From a bacterium (GTDB lineage Bacteria > Arandabacterota > Arandabacteria > Arandabacterales > JALGWA01), in NCBI GenBank assembly GCA_050125095.1, contig JASFEA010000020.1, forward strand, positions 1 through 29,341: a stretch of DNA of 29,341 nt, in the 5' to 3' direction. Positions within the stretch are counted from its first letter, which is position 1. Each line of letters opens with the position of its first letter. The notes under the pieces are model-generated. The model was not told the origin of the DNA. It did no database searches and was given only the letters and a program-made list of their open reading frames with translations. Both the position numbers and the translations under genes were made by a program. Shown piece after piece: positions 1 to 9,538 of the stretch.

Positions 1-119
1 TAACTTTTCTTGCTGCGCGCATGCGGCCGCGGGCAACGGGAATGCAAGAACCGGGCCTCCGCCCCGCGCACAGTTGACGGCCCGGCCGTGTGGCCCTCTG
101 ATGTGCCCCGGAAGAGGGG

Positions 120-148
120 TTGTAGGAACCGCCGTTTACACGTATGCT
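120..148 (+). promoter_or_regulatory. Putative sigma70-type promoter for the GT4 gene
   Basis: TTGTAG (120-125), 17 nt spacer, TATGCT (143-148); lies 22 nt upstream of ATG 171. Confidence 0.45.
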
Positions 149-170
149 TACCTCGAGAAGCGGAGGGCGG

Positions 171-1352
171 ATGGAGGTCGCAATTGCACACTTCTGGCTG
201 ATCTTCTGGAGGGGCGCAGAGAAGGTCATCGACCAGATAGTGAAACTGTATCCCGACTGTGAGATATACACCCTCTTCCATGATGTCAGGGTCAGCAGCA
301 AGCGCTTCCCGGGCGTCCCGATCCACTCCTCGATTCTCAACAGGCTTCCCCATGCTAAGGACAACTACACCAAGCTGTTCCCACTGTACCCGTTGGGCGT
401 AAGAAGCCTGGGGGTGGCGGGGGGAAAGTTCGACCTGGTCATCTCATCGGAGGACGGTCCGATCAAGGGATTGAGGTTACCCGCGGGCATCCCTCACATA
501 TGCTACTGCCATTCACCCATGAGGTATGTATGGGGCATGACCGACGTCTATACCCGGTACGTCCCCTTCCTGCTCCGGCCGCTTTTCCGTCTATTCATAG
601 CCATGCTCAGGGTCTGGGACCGGCGCACCATCGACGCTCCTGACGTCTACATAGCGAATTCCGAGCATGTGGCGAAGAGGATCAAGAAGTACTACGGGAA
701 AGACTCGATAGTGATCTACCCGCCGGTTGACATAGTCCACTTCCGCTCTTTTCTGGAGGAAAGAAAGAAGCGCGAGAAACACCACTACATCTGGTTTGGC
801 GGCCTGATAACCTACAAGAGACCCGACCTCGCCGTGGAGGCCTTCAACATCAACTCGAAGGAGCTTCTGATGATAGGGGACGGCGATCTGGCATCGTCCC
901 TCAAGAGAAAGGCGGCCCGCAATATCAAGTTCACGGGATTCGTTCCCGATGAGGAGCTCCCGGGATACCTGATGGGGGCGCGTGCTCTGATATTCCCCGG
1001 AGAAGAGGACTTTGGCATAATACCGGTTGAAGTCATGGCTATGGGGATACCCGTAATCGCATACGGCGTTGGGGCGGCTCTCGAGACGGTCCCGTATGAC
1101 GAGAGTGATATACCGTCGTCCTCAGGCATACACTTCTATGAACAGACTGCAGATGCACTGAACGAAGCCATAGAGAGATTCGAGGAGGTAGAGAGCCAGT
1201 TCGATCCAGACCTCATATCGGAAAGAACAAAGAGGTTTGCCCCTGAGGTCTTCCGTGAGAAACTGCAGCATGTGGTGAACCGGGTCCTGAAATACCGCAT
1301 GTGCAGAAGTGCCGGAGCCCGGGACGGCGTCCCCGGCTACTCAAGACAGTGA
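171..1352 (+). CDS. Glycosyltransferase family 4 (GT-B fold, mannosyltransferase-like)
   Basis: GAEKV N-terminal motif, CYCHSPMRYVW, YKRPDLAVEAF, and EEDFGIIPVEVMAMGIPVIAYG GT4 signature. Start set at ATG 171 behind GGAGGG rather than 144. Confidence 0.92.
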   Translation: MEVAIAHFWLIFWRGAEKVIDQIVKLYPDCEIYTLFHDVRVSSKRFPGVPIHSSILNRLPHAKDNYTKLFPLYPLGVRSLGVAGGKFDLVISSEDGPIKGLRLPAGIPHICYCHSPMRYVWGMTDVYTRYVPFLLRPLFRLFIAMLRVWDRRTIDAPDVYIANSEHVAKRIKKYYGKDSIVIYPPVDIVHFRSFLEERKKREKHHYIWFGGLITYKRPDLAVEAFNINSKELLMIGDGDLASSLKRKAARNIKFTGFVPDEELPGYLMGARALIFPGEEDFGIIPVEVMAMGIPVIAYGVGAALETVPYDESDIPSSSGIHFYEQTADALNEAIERFEEVESQFDPDLISERTKRFAPEVFREKLQHVVNRVLKYRMCRSAGARDGVPGYSRQ

Positions 1353-1382
1353 CCATTAAAGACGACAGAAGAGGGAGACATC

Positions 1383-2579
1383 GTGAGAAATCTAATCATA
1401 TGTTGCGTGCTTGTTCTGGCACATAACGCGCTTGCGTCCGAGGAGCCCGCGCTGCCGGAGCCCACGGGGCCCTATGCCGTAGGGACCGCCGCCCTGCTGT
1501 TCACCGATATGGCAAGGCCCGAGATCTTCACCGATGATCCCGACGATCACAGGGAGGTGACCGCAAGAGCCTGGTATCCGGCTGAACCGGCACCCGAAGT
1601 CGCACCGGCTCCGTACTATGAGAATGGTGGGGACATAGTGCGGATGTTCGACTACCCGGCTTATCTCGCCAATCTGGTCACGCATTCACTTCCGGGGGCG
1701 CGCGTCGCGGAGGCGGAAGAGAGATATCCCGTCATCCTTAGCAATCACGGCTGGGGCGAGCATGCGGTTCAGAACACGGTATTGATGGAGGAGCTTGCCA
1801 GTCACGGATATGTCGTCTTCAGCCTGGCGCATCATTATGAGGCCAAGTTCTGGACCTATCCGGACGGGCGGGTGGAGTTTATCAACATGGGCAGTCCGAG
1901 ATTCCAGAGTATTATGCAGGAACAGAGTAAACCGGAGGCCATGCAGCTCCTCCAGGCGTCATTCGAGGCGCGAGAGGTCGCCGCCCAGGAGTCGCTTTTC
2001 CAACTGATGGTTGAGACCATGCCCACTCTCCTCGGGGAGACCCCTCGCCACTGGGCAGAGGACATCTCGTTCGTCATAGGCGAGCTGGATTCCCTCAACA
2101 AATCCAATGCGCTTTTTGCGGGCAGGCTCGACCTTGAGAAGCTCGGAGTGATGGGGATGTCGATGGGTGGCGCGGCGGCCGGGCAGGTATGCCTTGACGG
2201 CGACAGGATCAGGGCGGCCATAAACATGGACGGCGGGCTCCTGGGGGACCTGGCCGATACGGTCGTCGCCGTTCCCATGATGTATGTCGGGAGCAGACGA
2301 TTCATCGGCTATGACGAGGTCTTTTCCGCCCACGCTTCGAACGACTCCTACACGCTCATAATCGGTGAATCCGATCACTACGACCTCACGGACTTCACTC
2401 TGCTCAACCGCAACCATATGATGATCGGAACGGTTGACGGCGAGCGCATGCTGAAGATACTGAACGACTATACCCTCGCTTTCTTCGATTTCTACCTCAA
2501 GGGAATCGACTCGGGCTTGTTGACGGGTCAGAAGAAACCATACCGGGAGGCGGAATTCCAGGCTCACAGGAAGCATTAG
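1383..2579 (+). CDS. Secreted alpha/beta hydrolase, PAF-acetylhydrolase/carboxylesterase-like
   Basis: Signal peptide; LPEPTGPYAVG, WYPA, SNHGWG, ELASHGYVV, nucleophile elbow GMSMGG, INMDG, HYDLTD; RBS GAGGGAG before the GTG start. Confidence 0.88.
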   Translation: MRNLIICCVLVLAHNALASEEPALPEPTGPYAVGTAALLFTDMARPEIFTDDPDDHREVTARAWYPAEPAPEVAPAPYYENGGDIVRMFDYPAYLANLVTHSLPGARVAEAEERYPVILSNHGWGEHAVQNTVLMEELASHGYVVFSLAHHYEAKFWTYPDGRVEFINMGSPRFQSIMQEQSKPEAMQLLQASFEAREVAAQESLFQLMVETMPTLLGETPRHWAEDISFVIGELDSLNKSNALFAGRLDLEKLGVMGMSMGGAAAGQVCLDGDRIRAAINMDGGLLGDLADTVVAVPMMYVGSRRFIGYDEVFSAHASNDSYTLIIGESDHYDLTDFTLLNRNHMMIGTVDGERMLKILNDYTLAFFDFYLKGIDSGLLTGQKKPYREAEFQAHRKH

Positions 2580-2603
2580 CCTGAAAGAGCCTGAAGGCGT
2601 GTC

Positions 2604-4703
2604 CTAGCGGAGCGCGTCGAGAAGCGCGCCGGCATCGTAGCCGAGCTCTTCCATTCTGCGAGCGTATTCCAGCGCCGCTGCCCGATTTCCCATGGAGAGA
2701 TGTAGATTCCCCGCCTTGAGCATTACATCGGGCCGCCTGGGGTCGTGCTGAAGTCCCCGCTCATATGCCTCCAGGGCGGGCGCCGGCCTCCCTGTCTGCT
2801 GGTAGAGGTCACCCAGGCTGAACCAGGCCCGGGCATACGCGGGATCGACTTCGACTGCGCGCCGGAGCGCGTCCTCGCACTCATCGAACATGCCCGCATT
2901 CCCCATCGTCAGCGCGAGATTGTACCACCCCTTGCTGAGCGTGGGATCGACGCCGACCGCCAGCCGGAAGAGCCTGATCGCCTTGACGCTGTTGCGCATT
3001 CTGGAGACCGCGGTGCCGAGATTGACCAGGAGCTTGGCATTAGCCTGGCGGTCGGGCGACGTGAGCATGGTGTGAGTCAGGTCGGCCGGAAACACCTCGT
3101 CCGCGGCCGCTCCCGCCGGCTTCGCCATCCTGAAAATCTCGATATGCGGGCCCGAACCGCTTCTATCGTCGAACTCCATGACCAGCTCGCACCTGGCCTC
3201 CAGGCTGCGATAGAACTCCACATGGCCGGGGAACTCGGCGGGCTCGCCCATGTAGCGCCTGTAGACCTCGTCGCTGATGATGACATAGTCGAAGTCTTCG
3301 TACCAGCGCAGGTCATAGAAGGGCGCCGTACTCCTGGGGTAGAGGCTCGAAAGCGGGAGCTCGAACACCGCGTAGGCCCCCGGATCGAGGTCGGGCGTGT
3401 ACTTCTCTTTTACAATGCCCGCCCCCCCCGGGATATTCGCCATTATCCACTCCCTCGCAACGGTCCGGTTATCCGGGATGTCCTGCCTCGAATAGAAACC
3501 ATATATCCGGGTTGCGGAGGGAATGAGTAACAGGCAGGCGGCCCCGAGCACGATGAGGCCCCTTCTCGAAGACGGTATCCGCCCGAATACATAACGCAGG
3601 AATAGGGCCGCATAGATCAGCAGGAAAGGGAGAAGCGGGAATATATAGTGATCTGCAGCCGTCTTCCAGCTTCCCACAACGGCGAAATAAACCAGCGGAA
3701 ACGCGAGAAGCACAATACTGGCCGCGCGATACTTCATCACGGCGTACACAAGACCCAGCAGCGCGAGAACGGCTATGGGCACGGTGAGAACCGCGGGGAA
3801 AACGGAGACAAGATACCTGTGATAGGAAACCACCTGATCGGGCGCGCCGAAGTGGCCGATCTTCATATGCGTCTGCTCGAAGCGGAAGTCCCTCAGGAAG
3901 CCGGAAAAATCTAGAAAGCAGTAGGGAGAGACGGCGAAAAACGCGAGTAACGCGACCGCGCCGCTCATATATACGCGGGGATCGGACACAATCACCTTAT
4001 AGTCGTGCTTTTGCGTTGAGTGGCGGTAGACATGCGCCGCAATAATGCCGGCGGCGGTCAGGAACCCTGGATATTTAACGCCGGCCGCCAGCCCCACGCA
4101 TATGCCCGCCCAGATGTAGTCCTTATTGCGTCCCTCCATGGCGATCCTGCAGATGGGAACGAAAGCGAGCATGACGAAGAAGAGAAGCGGAACATCGGTG
4201 GCTATGAACTGGCCGCGCCTTATGTGCGCGAAGTTGAAAGCGAGGAAGAGAGCCGCGGTGAGTCCGACGACAGGAGAAAATACGTCCCTGGCCACCCTGT
4301 ATGCCAGGTATATGGTCCCAATGCCGAAGAGGGTGGTTATGAGGCGCCCCACTACTATGAACCTGCCCGGGTTCGCCTCGACCTGCATCTGCATCTGCTG
4401 AATGGAAGAGAACTCCCCCGTCGCTCTCCCCGCAAGGTATACAAAGGCCTGGCCTATCCACTGTATGTAAAAGGAGAAAGCAGGGTAGTTGAAGAAGTGG
4501 GGATTGAAATCAAGTGAGCCTGTCCTGCCGCCCCACATCCCCAGTGCCTGCCGCCACGGAGTGGCCTCCTCAAAGAAATCCGGGAGCCCCCAGCCCAGGG
4601 TGTTCAGGCGCAGGTAAGCCCCGGCAAGGACTATGAGGACGAGGAGTATATTCTCCCGCATCGAGGTCAGGCCGAACTCCGCTCTTTCTCTGTCATCGCC
4701 CAC
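2604..4703 (-). CDS. Membrane glycosyltransferase family 39 (ArnT/PMT-like, GT-C) with C-terminal TPR repeats
   Basis: Multiple hydrophobic helices, PDFFEE acidic loop, NPHFFNYP, GLAAGVKYPG; C-terminal TPR-like repeats (AWFSLGDLY...ALEAYERGL). Exact start uncertain. Confidence 0.82.
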   Translation of the reverse strand: MGDDRERAEFGLTSMRENILLVLIVLAGAYLRLNTLGWGLPDFFEEATPWRQALGMWGGRTGSLDFNPHFFNYPAFSFYIQWIGQAFVYLAGRATGEFSSIQQMQMQVEANPGRFIVVGRLITTLFGIGTIYLAYRVARDVFSPVVGLTAALFLAFNFAHIRRGQFIATDVPLLFFVMLAFVPICRIAMEGRNKDYIWAGICVGLAAGVKYPGFLTAAGIIAAHVYRHSTQKHDYKVIVSDPRVYMSGAVALLAFFAVSPYCFLDFSGFLRDFRFEQTHMKIGHFGAPDQVVSYHRYLVSVFPAVLTVPIAVLALLGLVYAVMKYRAASIVLLAFPLVYFAVVGSWKTAADHYIFPLLPFLLIYAALFLRYVFGRIPSSRRGLIVLGAACLLLIPSATRIYGFYSRQDIPDNRTVAREWIMANIPGGAGIVKEKYTPDLDPGAYAVFELPLSSLYPRSTAPFYDLRWYEDFDYVIISDEVYRRYMGEPAEFPGHVEFYRSLEARCELVMEFDDRSGSGPHIEIFRMAKPAGAAADEVFPADLTHTMLTSPDRQANAKLLVNLGTAVSRMRNSVKAIRLFRLAVGVDPTLSKGWYNLALTMGNAGMFDECEDALRRAVEVDPAYARAWFSLGDLYQQTGRPAPALEAYERGLQHDPRRPDVMLKAGNLHLSMGNRAAALEYARRMEELGYDAGALLDALR

Positions 4704-4782
4704 GCGGCATTTTACCTCCCCTGATCGACCCGGTGAGCACAGTCTATGCGCATGCCCGGCCGGGGCGCCGGTCTCCCGGACA

Positions 4783-5211
4783 TCACTTGATATAATATCC
4801 CGAGACTCTCCAGGTCCCGTCTTCTCCGAGCATGGGAGTCACGGTTTCGGTCGCGCTGGCCTTGTTCTCGAAACTGGTTTCGAACTGGATAACCACGTAC
4901 TCGCCGTCGGGGGCGCCGGGAAGCGATGTAGTGTGCTCCGCCGACTTGACCTCGCGCGATACCAGGCCTCCAAGCGGGACCCTTGCGGCGGCCATGGTCT
5001 GCGTCCAGGCCTCACTGGATACGGCGCCCTTGAAATAGGGCGCGGCCTGCTCCCAGCTGCCGGGGTGGTTACCGGCGTCGACCAGAGACAGCCACTTCGT
5101 CGCCGCGTCGATTGCCGACTGCTCGGCTTGGGTGTAACCGCCGGGCTTCTCCGAGCAGGCTGAGACAGCCAGCAGAAGCCCGAAAAGCAAGAGAAGCAAA
5201 TGCGCCTTCAT
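4783..5211 (-). CDS. DUF4019 domain lipoprotein
   Basis: Lipobox-like VSAC; WLSLVDAG, SLPGAPDGEYVVIQFETSFENK and WRVSGYYIK match my recollection of DUF4019. Confidence 0.85.
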   Translation of the reverse strand: MKAHLLLLLFGLLLAVSACSEKPGGYTQAEQSAIDAATKWLSLVDAGNHPGSWEQAAPYFKGAVSSEAWTQTMAAARVPLGGLVSREVKSAEHTTSLPGAPDGEYVVIQFETSFENKASATETVTPMLGEDGTWRVSGYYIK

Positions 5212-5519
5212 GTGATGCCCTCCTGTTCACGGGTGAACCGCTTTTCCTTCCCATGCATAGCACTTTTGCCTCAAGCCGTCAAAGCATCGCGTACATCGCG
5301 CCATGCCGTCTCGCAATTCCTGCCCGACTTTCGTCCCGGCGCTTCGCGCGGCTCCTGCGATGCCCCGGCTCGGCCTTATGATGTGTCATTTCAACCTTAA
5401 GTTGTGGCACTACCTTACACCTCGCCGGCATGCGAGATACGGTCGCCGCTATGCCGGGCCTATCTTGTTGTCTTACAGGCGGTTATGGGCGCGGAGTATA
5501 ATCCGGCATTGCTGGCTAC

Positions 5520-5535
5520 TGGCACAGGCTTTGCA
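5520..5535 (+). promoter_or_regulatory. Sigma54 (-24/-12) promoter upstream of the aspartyl protease gene
   Basis: TGGCAC-AGGCT-TTGCA is an exact match to TGGCAC-N5-TTGCA, in a 440-nt intergenic region, oriented toward ATG 5651. Confidence 0.75.
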
Positions 5536-5650
5536 TGATGACAGGATGGGGATGTTCGTCTTTTCCGATTAGAAGGCTGAGAAATAAGAAAAAAAGTACG
5601 TTGACTCAATTCACCTGAATGGCCGGTGAAAAGGGATAGGAGGCGAAGTT

Positions 5651-7534
5651 ATGAATACCGTGAATTCCCGCAGGCTGATGAGGGCACTTGAAATTACTGC
5701 GCTCATGGGCGCCCTGATCTGGGCCGGGACCGCGACCGGACAGAATCTGACTGACCCGCAGGAGATACTGGGAGGATACCTGGAGGCCTCGGGGGGGCTT
5801 ATGCGCCTCAAGGCCGAGCGGACTCAGTACTTCGAAGGCACCATCTCAGTGGCGGGGATGGAGGGCCCGATAAGGGCATGGACCGAGAAACCGCACTTGA
5901 GCAGAGTAGAGGTCGAGCTGGGCCCCCTGAACATAACCCAGGGAGACAATGGGGAGGCCACCTGGATACTGGACGCTAACGGGAAGCTGCAGGTGACCAC
6001 TAAAATGGATGAGGCTACCGCGAAGCGCAGAGAAGTTCAGAGCCTCATGGCCGAATACGAATACGCCGACCCGGGGTCGGACATCTTCTCTCTGGCTTTG
6101 GAGGGCACCGAGGAAATCGAAGGCGTTCTTTGCTACGTCGTCAAGATAACCAACACTATCAACTCGGACTATTACATCTATTACATAGGGGTCGACGAAT
6201 TCCGGCTCGAGAAGAGTACATCCTCTGAGGGAGAAAACAGCGCCGACACTTATTTCGGCGACTATCGCGCAGTCGACGGCCTGATGGTGGCGTTCTACAG
6301 CAAAGAGACTCATCTCCAGACGGGTCAGACTCAGGAAGTCAATATTGCGACTTACGAGTCGAACCCGGTTATCGATCACGCGACTTTCGATCCTCCCGAG
6401 GAAGGCGGCAAGGATTACGAATTCGCGTCAGGCAATTCGGCGGAGAACCTCCCCTTCAAGTTTATTGAGAACCATCTTTTCATACCGGTCACAGTCGGCG
6501 ACAGGACGGATCTGTGGATACTTGACACAGGCGCGGGCATGAGCGTCATAGACCAGGCATTCGCCGATGATCTGGGCCTTGCGACCGAGGGAAATCTCAA
6601 GGGCCAGGGGGCCGGCGGCACTGTAGACATTGCCATCACCACGCTGCCCCCGTTCGAGCTCGAGGGCGTCAGTTTCAATGAGCAAAAGGTCGCCGTCATC
6701 GACCTGGCAGAACTCATCCGGAGAATCGGGATAGAGAGCCCGGGCATTCTCGGCTTCGACTTCCTGTCCCGCTTCGTCACCAAAATAGACTTCGCAAACG
6801 AACTCATATCCTTCTACGACCCGGACTCCTTCACGTACTCGGGTACGGGCACACCGGTTGATCTCCATATGAAAGAGGGGGTGTTCGAAACCCACGCAAC
6901 GCTCGACGGGCACCTTTCCGGGACATGGCTTTTCGATATCGGGGCGTCGTCATTGAGTCTGAATGCATCCCGCGCGGTGCGCAAGGGATACACCGAGAAG
7001 AAAGGCGTTCTCAGGATGGCCCATGGCGCGACACACGAATACCAGGTAAAGGGCGTCCGGGGCGAGAAAATCGAGTTCGGCGGCTTCATCCTTGACGACC
7101 CCGTAATCAGTTTCCGCCATGGGGTAGATGACACGACAATCTATGTGGACCGGCTCGGCATACTGGGCAACACCATCTTCCGGAATTTCGTCGTGTTCGT
7201 CGACTACGCCAATGAGCAGGTCATACTCGAGAAGGGCGACAAGTTCAACCAGCCCTGGCCGCAGGACCATTCGGGCCTCAATATCGGCTGGACCATGGAT
7301 CACGGCGGAGTCGAAGTCATTTACGTATCGCCCGACACGCCCGCCGAGGCGGCCGGTTTCAAAAAAGGCGACATTCTGAAGTCGGTCGACGGCGCTCCGG
7401 TCGAGCCCGAAGCCGACCTGCTGGCAGTGCGCTCGCGTCTGCACGAACCCGTGGGCACAACGCTCGAGATAGTGGTCGACCGCGAAGGAAAGAGCAGGAC
7501 TCTCAGCCTCACCCTGGCGGACCTCTACGAATAG
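5651..7534 (+). CDS. Secreted protein: LolA-like N-terminal domain, two retropepsin-like aspartyl protease domains, C-terminal PDZ
   Basis: Signal peptide; WILDTGAG and GILGFDFL (lobe 1); WLFDIGAS and GILGNTIF (lobe 2); PDTPAEAAGFKKGDIL PDZ; RBS AGGAGG. Confidence 0.85.
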   Translation: MNTVNSRRLMRALEITALMGALIWAGTATGQNLTDPQEILGGYLEASGGLMRLKAERTQYFEGTISVAGMEGPIRAWTEKPHLSRVEVELGPLNITQGDNGEATWILDANGKLQVTTKMDEATAKRREVQSLMAEYEYADPGSDIFSLALEGTEEIEGVLCYVVKITNTINSDYYIYYIGVDEFRLEKSTSSEGENSADTYFGDYRAVDGLMVAFYSKETHLQTGQTQEVNIATYESNPVIDHATFDPPEEGGKDYEFASGNSAENLPFKFIENHLFIPVTVGDRTDLWILDTGAGMSVIDQAFADDLGLATEGNLKGQGAGGTVDIAITTLPPFELEGVSFNEQKVAVIDLAELIRRIGIESPGILGFDFLSRFVTKIDFANELISFYDPDSFTYSGTGTPVDLHMKEGVFETHATLDGHLSGTWLFDIGASSLSLNASRAVRKGYTEKKGVLRMAHGATHEYQVKGVRGEKIEFGGFILDDPVISFRHGVDDTTIYVDRLGILGNTIFRNFVVFVDYANEQVILEKGDKFNQPWPQDHSGLNIGWTMDHGGVEVIYVSPDTPAEAAGFKKGDILKSVDGAPVEPEADLLAVRSRLHEPVGTTLEIVVDREGKSRTLSLTLADLYE

Positions 7535-7675
7535 GGGCGCGGGCGAGGCGGACGTCAGTCACCATCCTGCCGGCACGGGGTCAGCTGCGCCCCGTATATC
7601 CGCCGAATCCCCGACGGTTTCCCCGCTGCGCTGCGTCTAACCATCGAACGCAGTGGACCGTTCAAGGGAGGGCAC

Positions 7676-8419
7676 ATGCGATATCTTACAGTCCCGGTCA
7701 TCGTATTCGCAGTCGTTTCATGTGTTTTGGTCAGGGAAGCGGTGGCTCCGACGGTGAGCGCCGAGGACCTGCCCGCCGCATCGCAGGTGATCGAGCGTTA
7801 CATGGAGGCTCTTGGAGGGCGTCCGGCCATTGAAGGGCTCAAGACCCGGGTGTGTATCGGAAGGATGATATATGACCTTGATTGGAAGCGGCCGCCTTAC
7901 GAGGTCGTGCCCGTAGCCGGATACGCGACGTCAACCGGCAAAGTCCTCATGGTCGAACACGGTGCGGATGGAATACGTTGCGAGGGTTTCGACGGCAGGT
8001 CCACCTGGGTGCAGGACGCCGGCGGGATCCAGGTTCGCGAGGAACCCATCCGGTCCAAGATCGCCTGGCTGCTCGATCCCCGGGGCGCGCTCAGGCTGGA
8101 GGCCTATTTCCCGGGCCTGCACGTGACGGCCAGGGAGAACATCGACGGACGGGCCTTATATGTCGTCGAGCCGGACGAACTGGACCGGGCATATTACGCG
8201 CTCTATTTCGACGTGGAGACGGGGCTCCTGGTCCGGATCGGCTACTACTGGGAAATAGAGGACTACCGGGAAGTCGATGGCGTCCTTGTCCCTTTCCGCG
8301 TAGACATGAGCAGAAAGGGAGGTTCCACCACCTTGGTGCTTGACCTGGTCCGGCACAACCTGCCTCTTGAGCCGGGGCTCTTCGCCCTGCCCGGCGGCGT
8401 CAATACTCCGGCGGAATGA
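7676..8419 (+). CDS. Secreted hypothetical protein, LolA-like/lipoprotein-sorting-like fold, similar to the N-terminal domain of the upstream gene
   Basis: Signal peptide; YMEALGG and DYREVDGVLVPF parallel YLEASGG and DYRAVDGLMVAF upstream; RBS GGGAGG. Confidence 0.75.
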   Translation: MRYLTVPVIVFAVVSCVLVREAVAPTVSAEDLPAASQVIERYMEALGGRPAIEGLKTRVCIGRMIYDLDWKRPPYEVVPVAGYATSTGKVLMVEHGADGIRCEGFDGRSTWVQDAGGIQVREEPIRSKIAWLLDPRGALRLEAYFPGLHVTARENIDGRALYVVEPDELDRAYYALYFDVETGLLVRIGYYWEIEDYREVDGVLVPFRVDMSRKGGSTTLVLDLVRHNLPLEPGLFALPGGVNTPAE

Positions 8420-8455
8420 CATCGGCCTGCGGCTCAGCGCTCCTCGGGGACCGGG

Positions 8456-8812
8456 TTACTGCCGGCGATAGCTGGAAAGCGCTCCTTCCAGCGCGCTCTT
8501 GAAAGCGTCGAGGTCGTCCGGCGTGAAGAGCACGCGTTTTATAAGTCCTTCGCTCTTGTCGAGCACGACATGCTCGACAAAGTTGGCCCAGTCCAGCTTC
8601 AACGCCGGCCTGAATCCCTTGAGATGAAGGTCTCCCTTGAGAAGCCCCTCCACCTCGGACTCTGAGATCTCTATCCTCTCTATGCGGTCGAAGGGGATGG
8701 TCATTTTGCCGAGATGCGTATCGAACTCCACGCGGTCGTCATATATGCGGTATTCCTGCCATATGCTCTTTACCGTGCTCCTGGAAGTATATACAGGGGT
8801 GTCGCTCATCAC
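8456..8812 (-). CDS. Hypothetical protein, possibly bacterial PH-like fold
   Basis: 118-aa ORF with RBS AGGAG; beta-rich pattern (YRIYDDRVEF, TIPFDRIERIEI) ending in FTPDD plus a helix. Confidence 0.65.
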   Translation of the reverse strand: MMSDTPVYTSRSTVKSIWQEYRIYDDRVEFDTHLGKMTIPFDRIERIEISESEVEGLLKGDLHLKGFRPALKLDWANFVEHVVLDKSEGLIKRVLFTPDDLDAFKSALEGALSSYRRQ

Positions 8813-8883
8813 TTGGCTCCTCTCTAAGCTCGCTGCAAAAAGGACAACCGGGAGAGTCTGCTATTACCTCTCATGGCCGGGCC

Positions 8884-9354
8884 TCAGAGCTCGAGGCGCA
8901 GCACGGCCTCGCCTTCCTCCATATCCCCGGTCAACTTGAATCCCGTACTCTCATAGAAACCCTGGGGCCCCCCTTCTGCCTGATGGACACTGGTGAATAG
9001 CTCCTTTGCATTCGGCCTGGCCCTTACGTGCTCAATCAGAAGCTCCAGAGCGCGACGGCCGAAACCCATGCCTTGATAGCGGGCGTCGATCATGAAACGC
9101 CATAGATAGTACTCAGGCTTCTCTGTGTCGTCATAGAGCATCAGGAACCCGACCGGTGTGTCATCCGCGTATATCGCCCGGAACCAGGCATGCTCAGAAA
9201 AATAAGCCTGCGCGATCGAGACAGCGTTGGGGGCGACGAACTGTCTCTGCTCTTCCCTTACCGAGAGATCGCAGATCGGCCGCACGGTGTCGGCGGTTAT
9301 TTCCTTAAGGCTCACATGGCTGTCTGATGACGGCCCGGCATTGTCGCGGTTCAC
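8884..9354 (-). CDS. GNAT N-acetyltransferase, spermine/spermidine acetyltransferase (BltD)-like
   Basis: QRQFVAPNAVSIAQAYF, YLWRFMIDARYQGMGFGRRAL acetyl-CoA motif; start set at GTG 9354 behind AGAGGA. Confidence 0.88.
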   Translation of the reverse strand: MNRDNAGPSSDSHVSLKEITADTVRPICDLSVREEQRQFVAPNAVSIAQAYFSEHAWFRAIYADDTPVGFLMLYDDTEKPEYYLWRFMIDARYQGMGFGRRALELLIEHVRARPNAKELFTSVHQAEGGPQGFYESTGFKLTGDMEEGEAVLRLEL

Positions 9355-9467
9355 GGCATTCCTCTCTTTGACGCTAATCATTATGACACATCTGGCGGCC
9401 GCTGGCAAACGCATGGTTCGCACGGCAAGCTGCGGCGCTTCTCATGCGGATTCCATTCATATCGAGC

Positions 9468-9520
9468 TTGACAAACGCATTTAGTCGTATTAATTCTTAG
9501 TTACAAATAACTCCTATTTG
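9468..9520 (+). promoter_or_regulatory. Sigma70 promoter and putative PerR operator upstream of perR-catalase
   Basis: Perfect TTGACA (9468-9473), AT-rich -10 region near 9488-9496, then palindrome CAAATA-N5-TATTTG (9504-9520). Confidence 0.6.
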
Positions 9521-9538
9521 GAGTACGAAGCATCTATT

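Noticed and set aside
5289-5304. Second sigma54 promoter (minus strand TGGCGCGATGTACGC) for the DUF4019 gene
   Set aside because: Spacing is right but the -12 element lacks TT; too weak in GC-rich DNA.
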